Source: Candidatus Cloacimonadota bacterium (GTDB lineage Bacteria; Muiribacteriota; UBA6191). From it: a DNA stretch of 64,000 bases. Shown here in pieces: positions 21,164 to 30,209 of this stretch; within the stretch, counting starts at the first letter, position 1, and each line of letters begins with the position of its first letter. Both the position numbers and the translations under genes were made by a program. Below the pieces are notes generated by a model. The model did not search any database. It was given only the letters and a program-made list of their open reading frames with translations, and was not told the origin of the DNA. The stretch covers positions 236,468-300,467 of the forward strand of contig JAGSHD010000001.1 in NCBI GenBank assembly GCA_023954715.1, read 5' to 3'.

Positions 21164-24100
21164 ACATATCCTATTTATCACTGTATTTTTTTATCTCGCA
21201 ATACAATGTAGTTATGCAGTCATTGGCAATAAAGACGATGCCATCAACCAAATTAAAATCAGAAACGGTGACGTTTATGTTTTAGTAAATCCCAACCTTG
21301 CTTCAGGCGTACCTACCTCGAGTGCTTATGGACTTTGGAGATTTTATCGTGGGAATGACTATCCTGATGATACAAAATATAAACGACAAAAAATGTCTAA
21401 GTTTCCTGTACCAAACAACACCAATAAATATTCTGGTTTAACAGTAGATAAGTTTGCTAAGGTTTACGTCTTTAAAGAAATTCCAGACGCGGGTCAGACT
21501 TCCTTGGTTACTCTTGGTAACACTCACCCTATTTTAGAAACTGGCACTTTTCCTGGTTTTGTAGATACAGATAATTCAAAGATGAAAGTAGGAACCGATT
21601 GCGCATCAGAAAGAGCTGTAAAAGGATCCCCTCCTGGTTGGGTTTATGTCATCACAGATGACGGAAATGAAGGTTGGGTAAAGTACTACGATACAACAAC
21701 TCATGGTAGCCTAGGAATGGTGGAAACACTCACTGAAAAACCAGGAGTTAAAAATGCTATTGATGGGCTAGGCGGAACGATTTTACCTCCTGCTTTTAAA
21801 TCTTCGGCTGCAAACTTTTATTATACAGCTCACGGAGGCTTTTGGACGGGTAGTGCATCAAACCCTACCCACGGAATAGAAATCGCTGGTGCTACTGGTA
21901 GCCCAGGAAGACCTGCTCCAAACCCAACCTTTTGTGGAAATCCTGGTAAAGCCAATGGTGATCCAAGATATCCTGAATGGGGATATAATAAATGGCCTGG
22001 ATCTCCTTGTGGATCTAAATTATATCCAAGTCTTGGAGCCTTTTTTATGACTCCTGCTAAGTCTACTCATGCCGCTGATGGTGGTAAGGGGACTAATGTT
22101 GCAGCCGTTCGAGTTTGTTCTGTAAGTAAAGAAGTACGTAAGTTATTCTTTGATAGATATATCGAAGGTACAGATCACGATATTTTAAAAGACTCTAAAC
22201 CTTTTTTGGGCTTGACCAATGATGATCTTTTTTCTGGTCCACCAAGTGGAGTTGGGGACGGTAAACTAATATCAGGGACAATCCCTGTTTCTGTATCAGT
22301 AGGTTCACTCACTCGATATGCCCGATTCAATCATTGTGGAGATATGTGTGGAGCACCAGGTCAAAGTTCACCTCCTATTCCAACAACTCCAGGTAAAGCA
22401 GTTGGAGCTATGTCATCCTTTGGTACTAAAGATAGTGAACAGCGAAAATACGTTTTAAAATCATCTAGCTCTGGTGGAAACCCCGAGACTTGGGTGATGC
22501 AAATTGATGGAAATGGTTCTACAGGTACCTTAGGTCGTACTCCATTAGTAAAAAGAGACGGTGGTGTTTTTGATTTTAATGGAGCTACTGGTATAGACTT
22601 TGACCCAGAAACAAGTGCACTTGGATCTAGATTTGCAGCCAGCGAGTATATTGGTTTTAGAGATACTGGGTCAGGAATTGGTCACATTTCAACAATTCAA
22701 GTTTCTAAAAGAGATGATACAAAGGATTGGGTATATACTTCTAACCCAGCTAACCCTCAATTTTTCAGAGTATCTGAAAGCTTTTGGGGAACAGGCGGAA
22801 TCCAGTGGATCTTAAAAAACCCAAATAATGCTACTATCGAGTGGTTACAAGTCAACCACGAAACCGGTATTGAAATTTCTAAAGATAGTATGGATGTTAA
22901 CAATGCCAATCCTATTGTAGCTTTTGGGGTGGATGGTGACGGTAAGGTTTATTGGCTAGAAAAATCTTTCCAAGAAAGTCTTGTCCAACTTACAGACACT
23001 CTAGGTGGAACCTCTCCTACATGGGAGAAAATCTCTAATTCTGGTAAATTAGTAGCTCCTACTGTTACTCCTGTGTTAACTCCGAGTGCCGGCGAATCTG
23101 GTGTACCCATTTTAGTAAAAATCTCAAGAGATAGTGGGCTTGGTCTCTTTAAATCAGCCATCGGTGTAACTACTCCATTTTTTATTGGTACCTTACCAAC
23201 TGGTGGCGTAATATGTGAGCGAACTTTCATCTCTGTTTCTGGTGATCCTACTAAAGCAGGATATTGGTCTGAAGCTGCGTGGAGTGGTCAATTTTGTGAT
23301 ACACCAGACAACACTTTAGCTGTTGATGTAGAAATGGCTGTAATCAACGTGGCTAACCCTCCATTATCTGAAGGGGATTTTGTTTTAGATATTGTTGATG
23401 TACCTGACATTTTAGAGGGACAAAAAGTAACTTTTTACATGGAAAACCCTCCTAGATTTAATGGGCAAAAAGCTCAACTAGCCGGAGCAGGAAGCAACAC
23501 TGCTTTTGCTCCATACAATTGCGCTCCGGATGCTGTACTACGATCTTTCTCAGAAAGTCCAGGTGCCTTTGATGGTTATGTTCGTATGGTATCTAACGAA
23601 AATGCTACAGGGTCAAGACCTGTATTAGACGAGTTAAAGCTTTTAACTGAAGTGCGAAACACTGGTGTTCAAACAAAATCAGGTACTGCTTGGACTTATG
23701 AAGACTCTGATGTAGTCATTGGACAAAACCTTCCTGCTTTTGTTTATGAAGATATTCCAAGCCCTCTGATCTCAAGCTCTGGTCCTTGTGCTGGAGGATT
23801 TCCTGTAAAAAAACTGGGAGTTAATAATAAAACACTTAGATATAGATGGATGGTAAAAGCTTTGACTCCTCCCATGAGTAAAAAAACAAATCATCCAAAG
23901 TTAACCGAGCTTGGTTTACCTAACCAATGTGATAACCCAACAACTGACCCAGCTTATGTTGAGCCAAAGTTAAAAGAAATTCCTGGTCTTATTTTCGCCA
24001 GTTGTTTTGAGGATGTCCCTCTTCACTCTGATCCTGCAATGGCAGCACTTGATCAAACAGAAGTCAAATCTCCAGATATCGAGTTTCCAGATCCTGGATC

Positions 24101-27100
24101 TTATGAAGTAATCTTAGAGTTAGTTGGATTAAGATGGGATGCAGATGGGCTAACCTTTGCGGATGACTCCACTGGTGTATCTTATGAAGTTACAAAAGCT
24201 GTAGCTAGCTACATTGTAAATGTTCATCCAATGCAAGCCCAGCTAGATGGTTCTGTAAGTGATGTACACATCATGAACAACTACGGATCATATACCTCTC
24301 CTGACTCTACTTGGGATGGTACTCCTTTAGTTGAAAATAGCGTTACTGGTAATGCAGCCCACCTTGAAGTAGTAGAAGGGTCTCCTTTTCCTATGGTTGC
24401 AGAAGTTACCATTGATTTTTTTAGAGCTCCAGATAAAGAGTATGCGAGTGACTCAACGGACAAAACCATGAAAAAGTATGATGGTGTTGGAGTCTGGGAT
24501 TACACTTATCCAGGAACAGTTCATGACAAAACAATGGTCCATCCTATGAACTTCGCTAGTGGCCCTACTGGATTACCTGGTGAAGTTGGAGAAGTAGACC
24601 AAGATGCCGGAAATGATGCCACAGCAAATTATGATACAAGTCCCGTACTTTCTCAAGCAGGAACAGTTCTTACCCCTATCTTTTATGACCCCAATGATAT
24701 ATCTCTATCTACTAAATTAAACCATATTCAAGGCACCTATAGTTTAGATCGTTACTACTCCCATGGTGTAGGAGGAGCAACACCTAACGGCCTAGAAAAT
24801 ACTTATGAGTCTATGTTTGATTGGTATGAAATAAAATACTATTGGTTTTACAGATACAAAGACCCAGTGTCCGGTCAAAAAACTGCTCCAAAATTATTTA
24901 GAAAAGGAAACTTATCTGAAATATGGGCAATACATAATTTAGCATCAGTAGCTGGTAAAGACTCCATCATGCCAAATGATATCCAAGATTCATCCAACTT
25001 CTGGAACGATGGTGAGTTGATTAAAGTCCTTGACCCAGATCGTCGTACCTATAAAGTTCGTATTCCGCTGTTTAAAAACCAGTTACTACTGGATGATGGC
25101 TCTCCTGTTGAAGACCGAGTTATGGATTGGACTAAATTAGGTAATCCAGACTTTTCTGCTCTTACTCCTGCCAATGTAGTAGCAGGTGGCGTCAATCGAG
25201 TGGATGCAAACTTAGGTTTATATGATTTTAAAGTTCCAAGTGAGCCTAGCTCTATCGAGTTTAGCTTTTATATTGACTACCCTATTGTTAAATGGTCAAA
25301 GCGAAACCAGCAAGGACATACTTTAGATGCTGATCATGTAAACGAAACCGTTTCTTCTGATATAGCAGCTGAACAAGGTACAACCGACAAAGCAACACTT
25401 TTAGCTAATATGGACCTAGATGCAACTTATTATGATTTGGTTCCTTGGGGACCACGTTCTGATGCTCTTGGTGGAAACAACTCTGATATGAACGATTCTA
25501 TCCGATCTTATAACAGTAATGATCCTAGACTTTTGGCAAACTCTGTATCTGGTTGGGGAAACATCGGTGCATATCGTACCAAAGGTGGACTCTACACAGC
25601 TACCGAAGCTAGCAGTGGAGGAATGAATGCTGATGGTAGCTACTCCAAAGATGATGGCACCGAAAACGATCATTGGTTTGATGTAATCGTATTGGATAAT
25701 ACCCCTCCTTCCATATCTTATGTAAACAATCTTGGAGATGAACCTTCAATGACAGGAGCTTTCTCCACATTTAGTTTTGAATCAAAAGTCGGAGGTATGT
25801 GGGATAGTAATGATGGAGTTGTAATTTCTGTAATGGATAACAACCCCTACCAGCACTGGTTAAACTACAAAGCATTTGATGCTGCTTCTCCAGAGATTGA
25901 GCCTTATAGTCCATATCTTCAACAATTTTACTATGATCTAGGACCAGATCCTAGAAACCTTCTCGGTTTAGGAGCAAAAGATAATGGCTCAACAGCACAA
26001 CCATGTGTTTGGGGGTATTCCATCTCTAATCCCCTATCTCCACTTAAAGCAGAAGCTGGCAATGGAGCTGGGTGGCTTAATCCTTTTGGACAAGAAGAAA
26101 ATCACTTTAACACCAATATCGTGACGCACCAGCAACCAGGATGTAGTTATCAGCACCCATTTACTTCTATGGCCTTTAGTGATCAAAGCTTCGTACGGCA
26201 TGATACTGGTACATTTAATCTTGCCAATATTTTAGATAGTGGTACAGTAAAGTTTACTCCACCAGCTACTCTTTTAAGTGGATCAATCTACGATGAAGGA
26301 GTGGTCGCTCCCGTAAATAATAGCTATTACTCAATACAATTTAAAACTAAAGTTGATAATGTATCTGGAATCCCTATCCCAACCGAGTATGGTGCTGAAG
26401 CGGGAGGAGAAATCAAGTTTATCGACAATCCTGGTAATTATCAAGCCATGGATGGCAGCTCAGTAAATATATCATTTCAAACTACTTCGTTTTTTGCTGG
26501 AAACTTTGATGCTACAGGAGACACGGGAGTTTTAACACCTCAAGAGACCTTTAGAGATCAAGCATATCGTACAGCTTTTTATTGGGTGCCAAAAGATGCA
26601 CTTATATCTCCATATTTCTTTGGTGCTAACTCTGGAGGACAAGAAACATATAAGGCCTATGCTAGAGCTTATGATATCTCTAGAAAACATGGTAGCTTAG
26701 CTCATCAAGGTTTAGCACGTGAAGACGTGGGTACTTCTTTAGGCACACTCGATCAAAGACCAAACTTAAAGGCTACTGAAATTGGGGACTATACTATCCA
26801 TGACAATAGAGAACCCAACATTAAAGTTACATTTTTCGATTACAAAATGAACTCATTATTCAAATTTATCATTTTAAATGATGCTAGCCACCATCATCAA
26901 CAGTCACAAGCTGGACTATTTAGTAAACACAGTATTTTACTTAAATCAAAAGATCCTCGAGATAGCTATTATTTAAAAGCTGGAGATCAAGCACAAGCAA
27001 CGATTTCATCTGGTAAATTAACAGTTACTAGTGACTATGATCTAGCAAATCCAAGCTCTGTTACTGGTCTTGCCGCTTATGGGACAGATGCTTCTGGTTT

Positions 27101-27476
27101 GGGTAACTTTCTTGTAAAGATTCCTGAAGATGTACGGTTTAGAATTAAAGCAGAAGCTGTAGACAATGTGACTTTACCGGCCAATCTCAATATCACTGTC
27201 GAAAGTGATATGACTGGATTTAGCCTTAATACTTCTCAAGGTGCTTTAGTACCTACAGAAGATCCCTTTGAAGCAAAAGTTACTACGGTTAGAGATTATC
27301 AATTTCAAGGGTTTACATCTAACTTTTGGCAGTACCCTAGACCTGGTAGATATGATGTAATTAAAATCACTGTTTCAGATGAGCAAGGTAATACTCGTAT
27401 GATTCGATTTCCAATTGAAATTATGCCACAAGACCTACACTTTAGAAAAATCGGTGATAACTCAAGAATTAAATAG
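21156..27476 (+). CDS. giant exported protein (2106 aa), unknown function; Gly/Thr/Ser/Asp/Pro/Trp-rich, non-repetitive
   Basis: 6.3-kb uninterrupted ORF in a stop-rich AT genome. Signal peptide MNKHILFITVFFYLAIQCSYA. No obvious internal tandem repeats or known catalytic motifs. Confidence 0.75.
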   Translation: MNKHILFITVFFYLAIQCSYAVIGNKDDAINQIKIRNGDVYVLVNPNLASGVPTSSAYGLWRFYRGNDYPDDTKYKRQKMSKFPVPNNTNKYSGLTVDKFAKVYVFKEIPDAGQTSLVTLGNTHPILETGTFPGFVDTDNSKMKVGTDCASERAVKGSPPGWVYVITDDGNEGWVKYYDTTTHGSLGMVETLTEKPGVKNAIDGLGGTILPPAFKSSAANFYYTAHGGFWTGSASNPTHGIEIAGATGSPGRPAPNPTFCGNPGKANGDPRYPEWGYNKWPGSPCGSKLYPSLGAFFMTPAKSTHAADGGKGTNVAAVRVCSVSKEVRKLFFDRYIEGTDHDILKDSKPFLGLTNDDLFSGPPSGVGDGKLISGTIPVSVSVGSLTRYARFNHCGDMCGAPGQSSPPIPTTPGKAVGAMSSFGTKDSEQRKYVLKSSSSGGNPETWVMQIDGNGSTGTLGRTPLVKRDGGVFDFNGATGIDFDPETSALGSRFAASEYIGFRDTGSGIGHISTIQVSKRDDTKDWVYTSNPANPQFFRVSESFWGTGGIQWILKNPNNATIEWLQVNHETGIEISKDSMDVNNANPIVAFGVDGDGKVYWLEKSFQESLVQLTDTLGGTSPTWEKISNSGKLVAPTVTPVLTPSAGESGVPILVKISRDSGLGLFKSAIGVTTPFFIGTLPTGGVICERTFISVSGDPTKAGYWSEAAWSGQFCDTPDNTLAVDVEMAVINVANPPLSEGDFVLDIVDVPDILEGQKVTFYMENPPRFNGQKAQLAGAGSNTAFAPYNCAPDAVLRSFSESPGAFDGYVRMVSNENATGSRPVLDELKLLTEVRNTGVQTKSGTAWTYEDSDVVIGQNLPAFVYEDIPSPLISSSGPCAGGFPVKKLGVNNKTLRYRWMVKALTPPMSKKTNHPKLTELGLPNQCDNPTTDPAYVEPKLKEIPGLIFASCFEDVPLHSDPAMAALDQTEVKSPDIEFPDPGSYEVILELVGLRWDADGLTFADDSTGVSYEVTKAVASYIVNVHPMQAQLDGSVSDVHIMNNYGSYTSPDSTWDGTPLVENSVTGNAAHLEVVEGSPFPMVAEVTIDFFRAPDKEYASDSTDKTMKKYDGVGVWDYTYPGTVHDKTMVHPMNFASGPTGLPGEVGEVDQDAGNDATANYDTSPVLSQAGTVLTPIFYDPNDISLSTKLNHIQGTYSLDRYYSHGVGGATPNGLENTYESMFDWYEIKYYWFYRYKDPVSGQKTAPKLFRKGNLSEIWAIHNLASVAGKDSIMPNDIQDSSNFWNDGELIKVLDPDRRTYKVRIPLFKNQLLLDDGSPVEDRVMDWTKLGNPDFSALTPANVVAGGVNRVDANLGLYDFKVPSEPSSIEFSFYIDYPIVKWSKRNQQGHTLDADHVNETVSSDIAAEQGTTDKATLLANMDLDATYYDLVPWGPRSDALGGNNSDMNDSIRSYNSNDPRLLANSVSGWGNIGAYRTKGGLYTATEASSGGMNADGSYSKDDGTENDHWFDVIVLDNTPPSISYVNNLGDEPSMTGAFSTFSFESKVGGMWDSNDGVVISVMDNNPYQHWLNYKAFDAASPEIEPYSPYLQQFYYDLGPDPRNLLGLGAKDNGSTAQPCVWGYSISNPLSPLKAEAGNGAGWLNPFGQEENHFNTNIVTHQQPGCSYQHPFTSMAFSDQSFVRHDTGTFNLANILDSGTVKFTPPATLLSGSIYDEGVVAPVNNSYYSIQFKTKVDNVSGIPIPTEYGAEAGGEIKFIDNPGNYQAMDGSSVNISFQTTSFFAGNFDATGDTGVLTPQETFRDQAYRTAFYWVPKDALISPYFFGANSGGQETYKAYARAYDISRKHGSLAHQGLAREDVGTSLGTLDQRPNLKATEIGDYTIHDNREPNIKVTFFDYKMNSLFKFIILNDASHHHQQSQAGLFSKHSILLKSKDPRDSYYLKAGDQAQATISSGKLTVTSDYDLANPSSVTGLAAYGTDASGLGNFLVKIPEDVRFRIKAEAVDNVTLPANLNITVESDMTGFSLNTSQGALVPTEDPFEAKVTTVRDYQFQGFTSNFWQYPRPGRYDVIKITVSDEQGNTRMIRFPIEIMPQDLHFRKIGDNSRIK

Positions 27477-27542
27477 TATACTGCGAGCTCTACTTGTCTA
27501 AGTAAAGCTCGCTTGTATCTATAACGCATACCATAATCAACA

Positions 27543-28439
27543 ATGAACATATTTTATAAAGAACCAATATATCGACCTCCTTCTGAGGCCAACTCTCTAT
27601 TAATCCATGCAACACTTGGCTGTCAATATGACTGCGATTTTTGTGGAATGTATACTTCAAAAAGATTTCAAGTCCGACCTGTTAAAGAGATTATAAAAGA
27701 CTTAGATGCTGCAAAACTTAACTACGGGTCCTCCGTCAGAAGAATTTTTCTTTTAGATGGAAATGCATTTGTCTGTCATCCTAAAGTATTACTACAAGTC
27801 GCTGAGCACGCTAATAAGATATTTCCAAATTTAAACCGAATCAGCGCCTATACACACGCCTCTGATGTACTCCGACGAAGCCCAGAGGACTTAAAAAAAT
27901 TATCCGATCACAAAATGAATATGTTGTATCTCGGAATAGAAACGGGAGACTCTGACCTACTTCATAAAATAAATAAAGAAACTGATAAAGAACAATTAAT
28001 AGAAGCTGCTCAAAAGTTACACCAAGCAGATATCAAAATGTCGGGTACTATCATGCTAGGTATAGCAGGAAATGATCCTAAAAAGTCTTTTCAACATGCC
28101 AAAGAAACTGCTGATTTGATCAATCAAATGAAACCTAGTATTAAAAAACCTTGGTATATTTCTGCATTAACTACCATGATCGCTCCAGATACAAAGCTTG
28201 AAAAAGACTTAAGTTTTAAATTGCAAAACACTATTGAGGTCTTACAAGAGTTAAAGACCCTCTTTATGTTTTTAAAGGATGACTTACACGGTCTAATATT
28301 TAGATCAAACCATGCATCCAACTATTTAAACTTACAAAGTAACGACTTATCCAAAAACAAAAATGATCTGTTAAGACAAATAGATTATGCCTTAGATCAT
28401 CCTGAGGTACTCAAAGCTGATTGGATGAGAGGGCTATAA
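27543..28439 (+). CDS. radical SAM domain protein
   Basis: CX3CX2C motif CQYDCDFCGMY near the N-terminus. LLDGNAF and GIETGD resemble the glycine-rich SAM-binding region of radical SAM enzymes. 298 aa. Confidence 0.7.
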   Translation: MNIFYKEPIYRPPSEANSLLIHATLGCQYDCDFCGMYTSKRFQVRPVKEIIKDLDAAKLNYGSSVRRIFLLDGNAFVCHPKVLLQVAEHANKIFPNLNRISAYTHASDVLRRSPEDLKKLSDHKMNMLYLGIETGDSDLLHKINKETDKEQLIEAAQKLHQADIKMSGTIMLGIAGNDPKKSFQHAKETADLINQMKPSIKKPWYISALTTMIAPDTKLEKDLSFKLQNTIEVLQELKTLFMFLKDDLHGLIFRSNHASNYLNLQSNDLSKNKNDLLRQIDYALDHPEVLKADWMRGL

Positions 28440-29216
28440 CTACTCTTTGACGTAGATCATAATTTTATTGTGAAGTTTTAATTTTTTCGCTGCATAATCA
28501 ATTATAATAAAAGCACAAGAACATATTTTCATTAAAAAGTCATCGTGATAATCCTTGTTTAATAACATAGAAAATAATATCACTTGCCCTTTGTTAGTCT
28601 CAACTTTCAACCTATCATTTTGAATCTGTATAACAAGATCTTTACTCTGGAAATTTGGCGTAGATTGTAGTTCATAAGACATTCCTAAGTCATTAAACAT
28701 ACTAATTAAAAGAGAAGCTTGTGTGTAATTTGCTAGGACTTGTTTTTTATTGTCCGTTTCAAGAAAACGATCAACCCATTTATTTGTGCAATAATCCGAA
28801 CAAATCAAGATAAAAAAGTCACACAAAACAAACTGATCCTCATGACTAAATTCATCAAAAAAATGTAGCTCTAACATATTAAGAGCATTTTTGGGATTAA
28901 CAACTTTTCTGCTATGTCCGCCGATCCAATGAAAATATGCGGTAGGATCTACAACACTTTCTTTTTTTAGTGGATTCCAACAAGTTACCATGTCGTTGCG
29001 GTTTTTCCAGTTACAAAAGATGCTTAATCTCGAGTCACTTATATCAATAGCTGGTATATAATCTTGTTGAACAACAATCACATTATAGTTATATGAGAAG
29101 TTTATTAGTCCCCGTGTTACCAGAATATCCTTGATTTGCTCAAATCGATCTTCATTCAAAATATGTCGTTTTCCTTTTAAAGTTAACATTACAATACCCA
29201 AAAAAAAAGAGCCCAA
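28440..29216 (-). CDS. hypothetical protein (probable start at internal Met, complement 29187..29189)
   Basis: Clean ORF convergent with the radical SAM gene, with stop codons abutting (28439/28440). No recognised domain. Confidence 0.4.
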   Translation of the reverse strand: MGSFFLGIVMLTLKGKRHILNEDRFEQIKDILVTRGLINFSYNYNVIVVQQDYIPAIDISDSRLSIFCNWKNRNDMVTCWNPLKKESVVDPTAYFHWIGGHSRKVVNPKNALNMLELHFFDEFSHEDQFVLCDFFILICSDYCTNKWVDRFLETDNKKQVLANYTQASLLISMFNDLGMSYELQSTPNFQSKDLVIQIQNDRLKVETNKGQVILFSMLLNKDYHDDFLMKICSCAFIIIDYAAKKLKLHNKIMIYVKE

Positions 29217-29236
29217 TCCGAAAGACGAGCTCTTCT
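29201..29236 (-). terminator. putative rho-independent terminator for the cNMP-binding gene
   Basis: On the minus strand: AAGAGC-(16-nt loop)-GCTCTT followed by T9 (plus strand: a9 gagc...gctctt). Confidence 0.45.
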
Positions 29237-29250
29237 AGTAACTTATATAG

Positions 29251-30198
29251 TTATACTCTGCGACGCTTATATTTAGCCATAGCTTCAGCTTCTTCTCGGT
29301 GTCTAGCATTTTCAATAGCACTAGATACTTGAGTAGAAACACCACTAACTAAGTTGATATCAGCATCAGAAAAAGGGACTTCTTTACGGGCAAGGATTAT
29401 TGCACCGTATACTTTTCCATTTTTCATCAGTGGTACGGACATTAATACAGACATGTCCTCACTGATCGTATCTTTTGAAGCATCGGTTTCATCAAATAAA
29501 TCTTTATAAGATATGATTGTTTGATCTTCTTCTAGTTTAGATATCAAATCTAGACCTAAAGTAAAGTCAATGGAGTTTCCATCATTGCTGATTACTTCTT
29601 CGTAAGAGCCAGATAAATCATTATAAACAATTAAACTACCATGAGTTACGCCTAAATTATTACAAAGACGGTTCATGATTTGATCGGATAAGGATACGAG
29701 AGATGCAGATTGAGAAATGATTTTCCCTGTATCGTATAAAACAACTAGCTCCATATTCGTTTTACGTAAACGACCAGATATAACATTGATAACAGAAAAC
29801 AACAATCTTGAAGCTACTTCTACGTCTGTCAAAACCAACTCTTGAAAAACTTCTCGTGAAATTTTAATCAAATAGCAATCATCTTGAGCAATAACAGCCG
29901 CAGATCTAGGAGCATTATCAAATAATGACATTTCTCCAAAGTATTCGTGGGAGTGTAAAGTTGCTAGAGGTTTAGCACGCTTGGTTTCTTCATCAATTAT
30001 TTTTGCAATCATAACTGATCCAGAAACTACAATATATAAAGCCCCGCCATCATCATCACCTTCATTGATAATGACATCTCCTTCAACAAAATGCTCAATC
30101 TGAGCACGATTCATCAAAGAAGCTAATTTATGAGGAAACTCTTCAAAGGCATGAAAAACAGGTATTTTTAAAACATCTCTTAGGGTGATTTGCATCAT
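29251..30198 (-). CDS. cyclic-nucleotide-binding domain protein (cNMP-binding + C-terminal GAF-like region)
   Basis: cNMP-binding core FGEMSLFDNAPRSAAVIA with the preceding beta-roll. A GGAG RBS overlaps the stop of pilT (TAATGGAGAAATG). Confidence 0.65.
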   Translation of the reverse strand: MMQITLRDVLKIPVFHAFEEFPHKLASLMNRAQIEHFVEGDVIINEGDDDGGALYIVVSGSVMIAKIIDEETKRAKPLATLHSHEYFGEMSLFDNAPRSAAVIAQDDCYLIKISREVFQELVLTDVEVASRLLFSVINVISGRLRKTNMELVVLYDTGKIISQSASLVSLSDQIMNRLCNNLGVTHGSLIVYNDLSGSYEEVISNDGNSIDFTLGLDLISKLEEDQTIISYKDLFDETDASKDTISEDMSVLMSVPLMKNGKVYGAIILARKEVPFSDADINLVSGVSTQVSSAIENARHREEAEAMAKYKRRRV

Positions 30199-30209
30199 TT
30201 CTCCATTAA

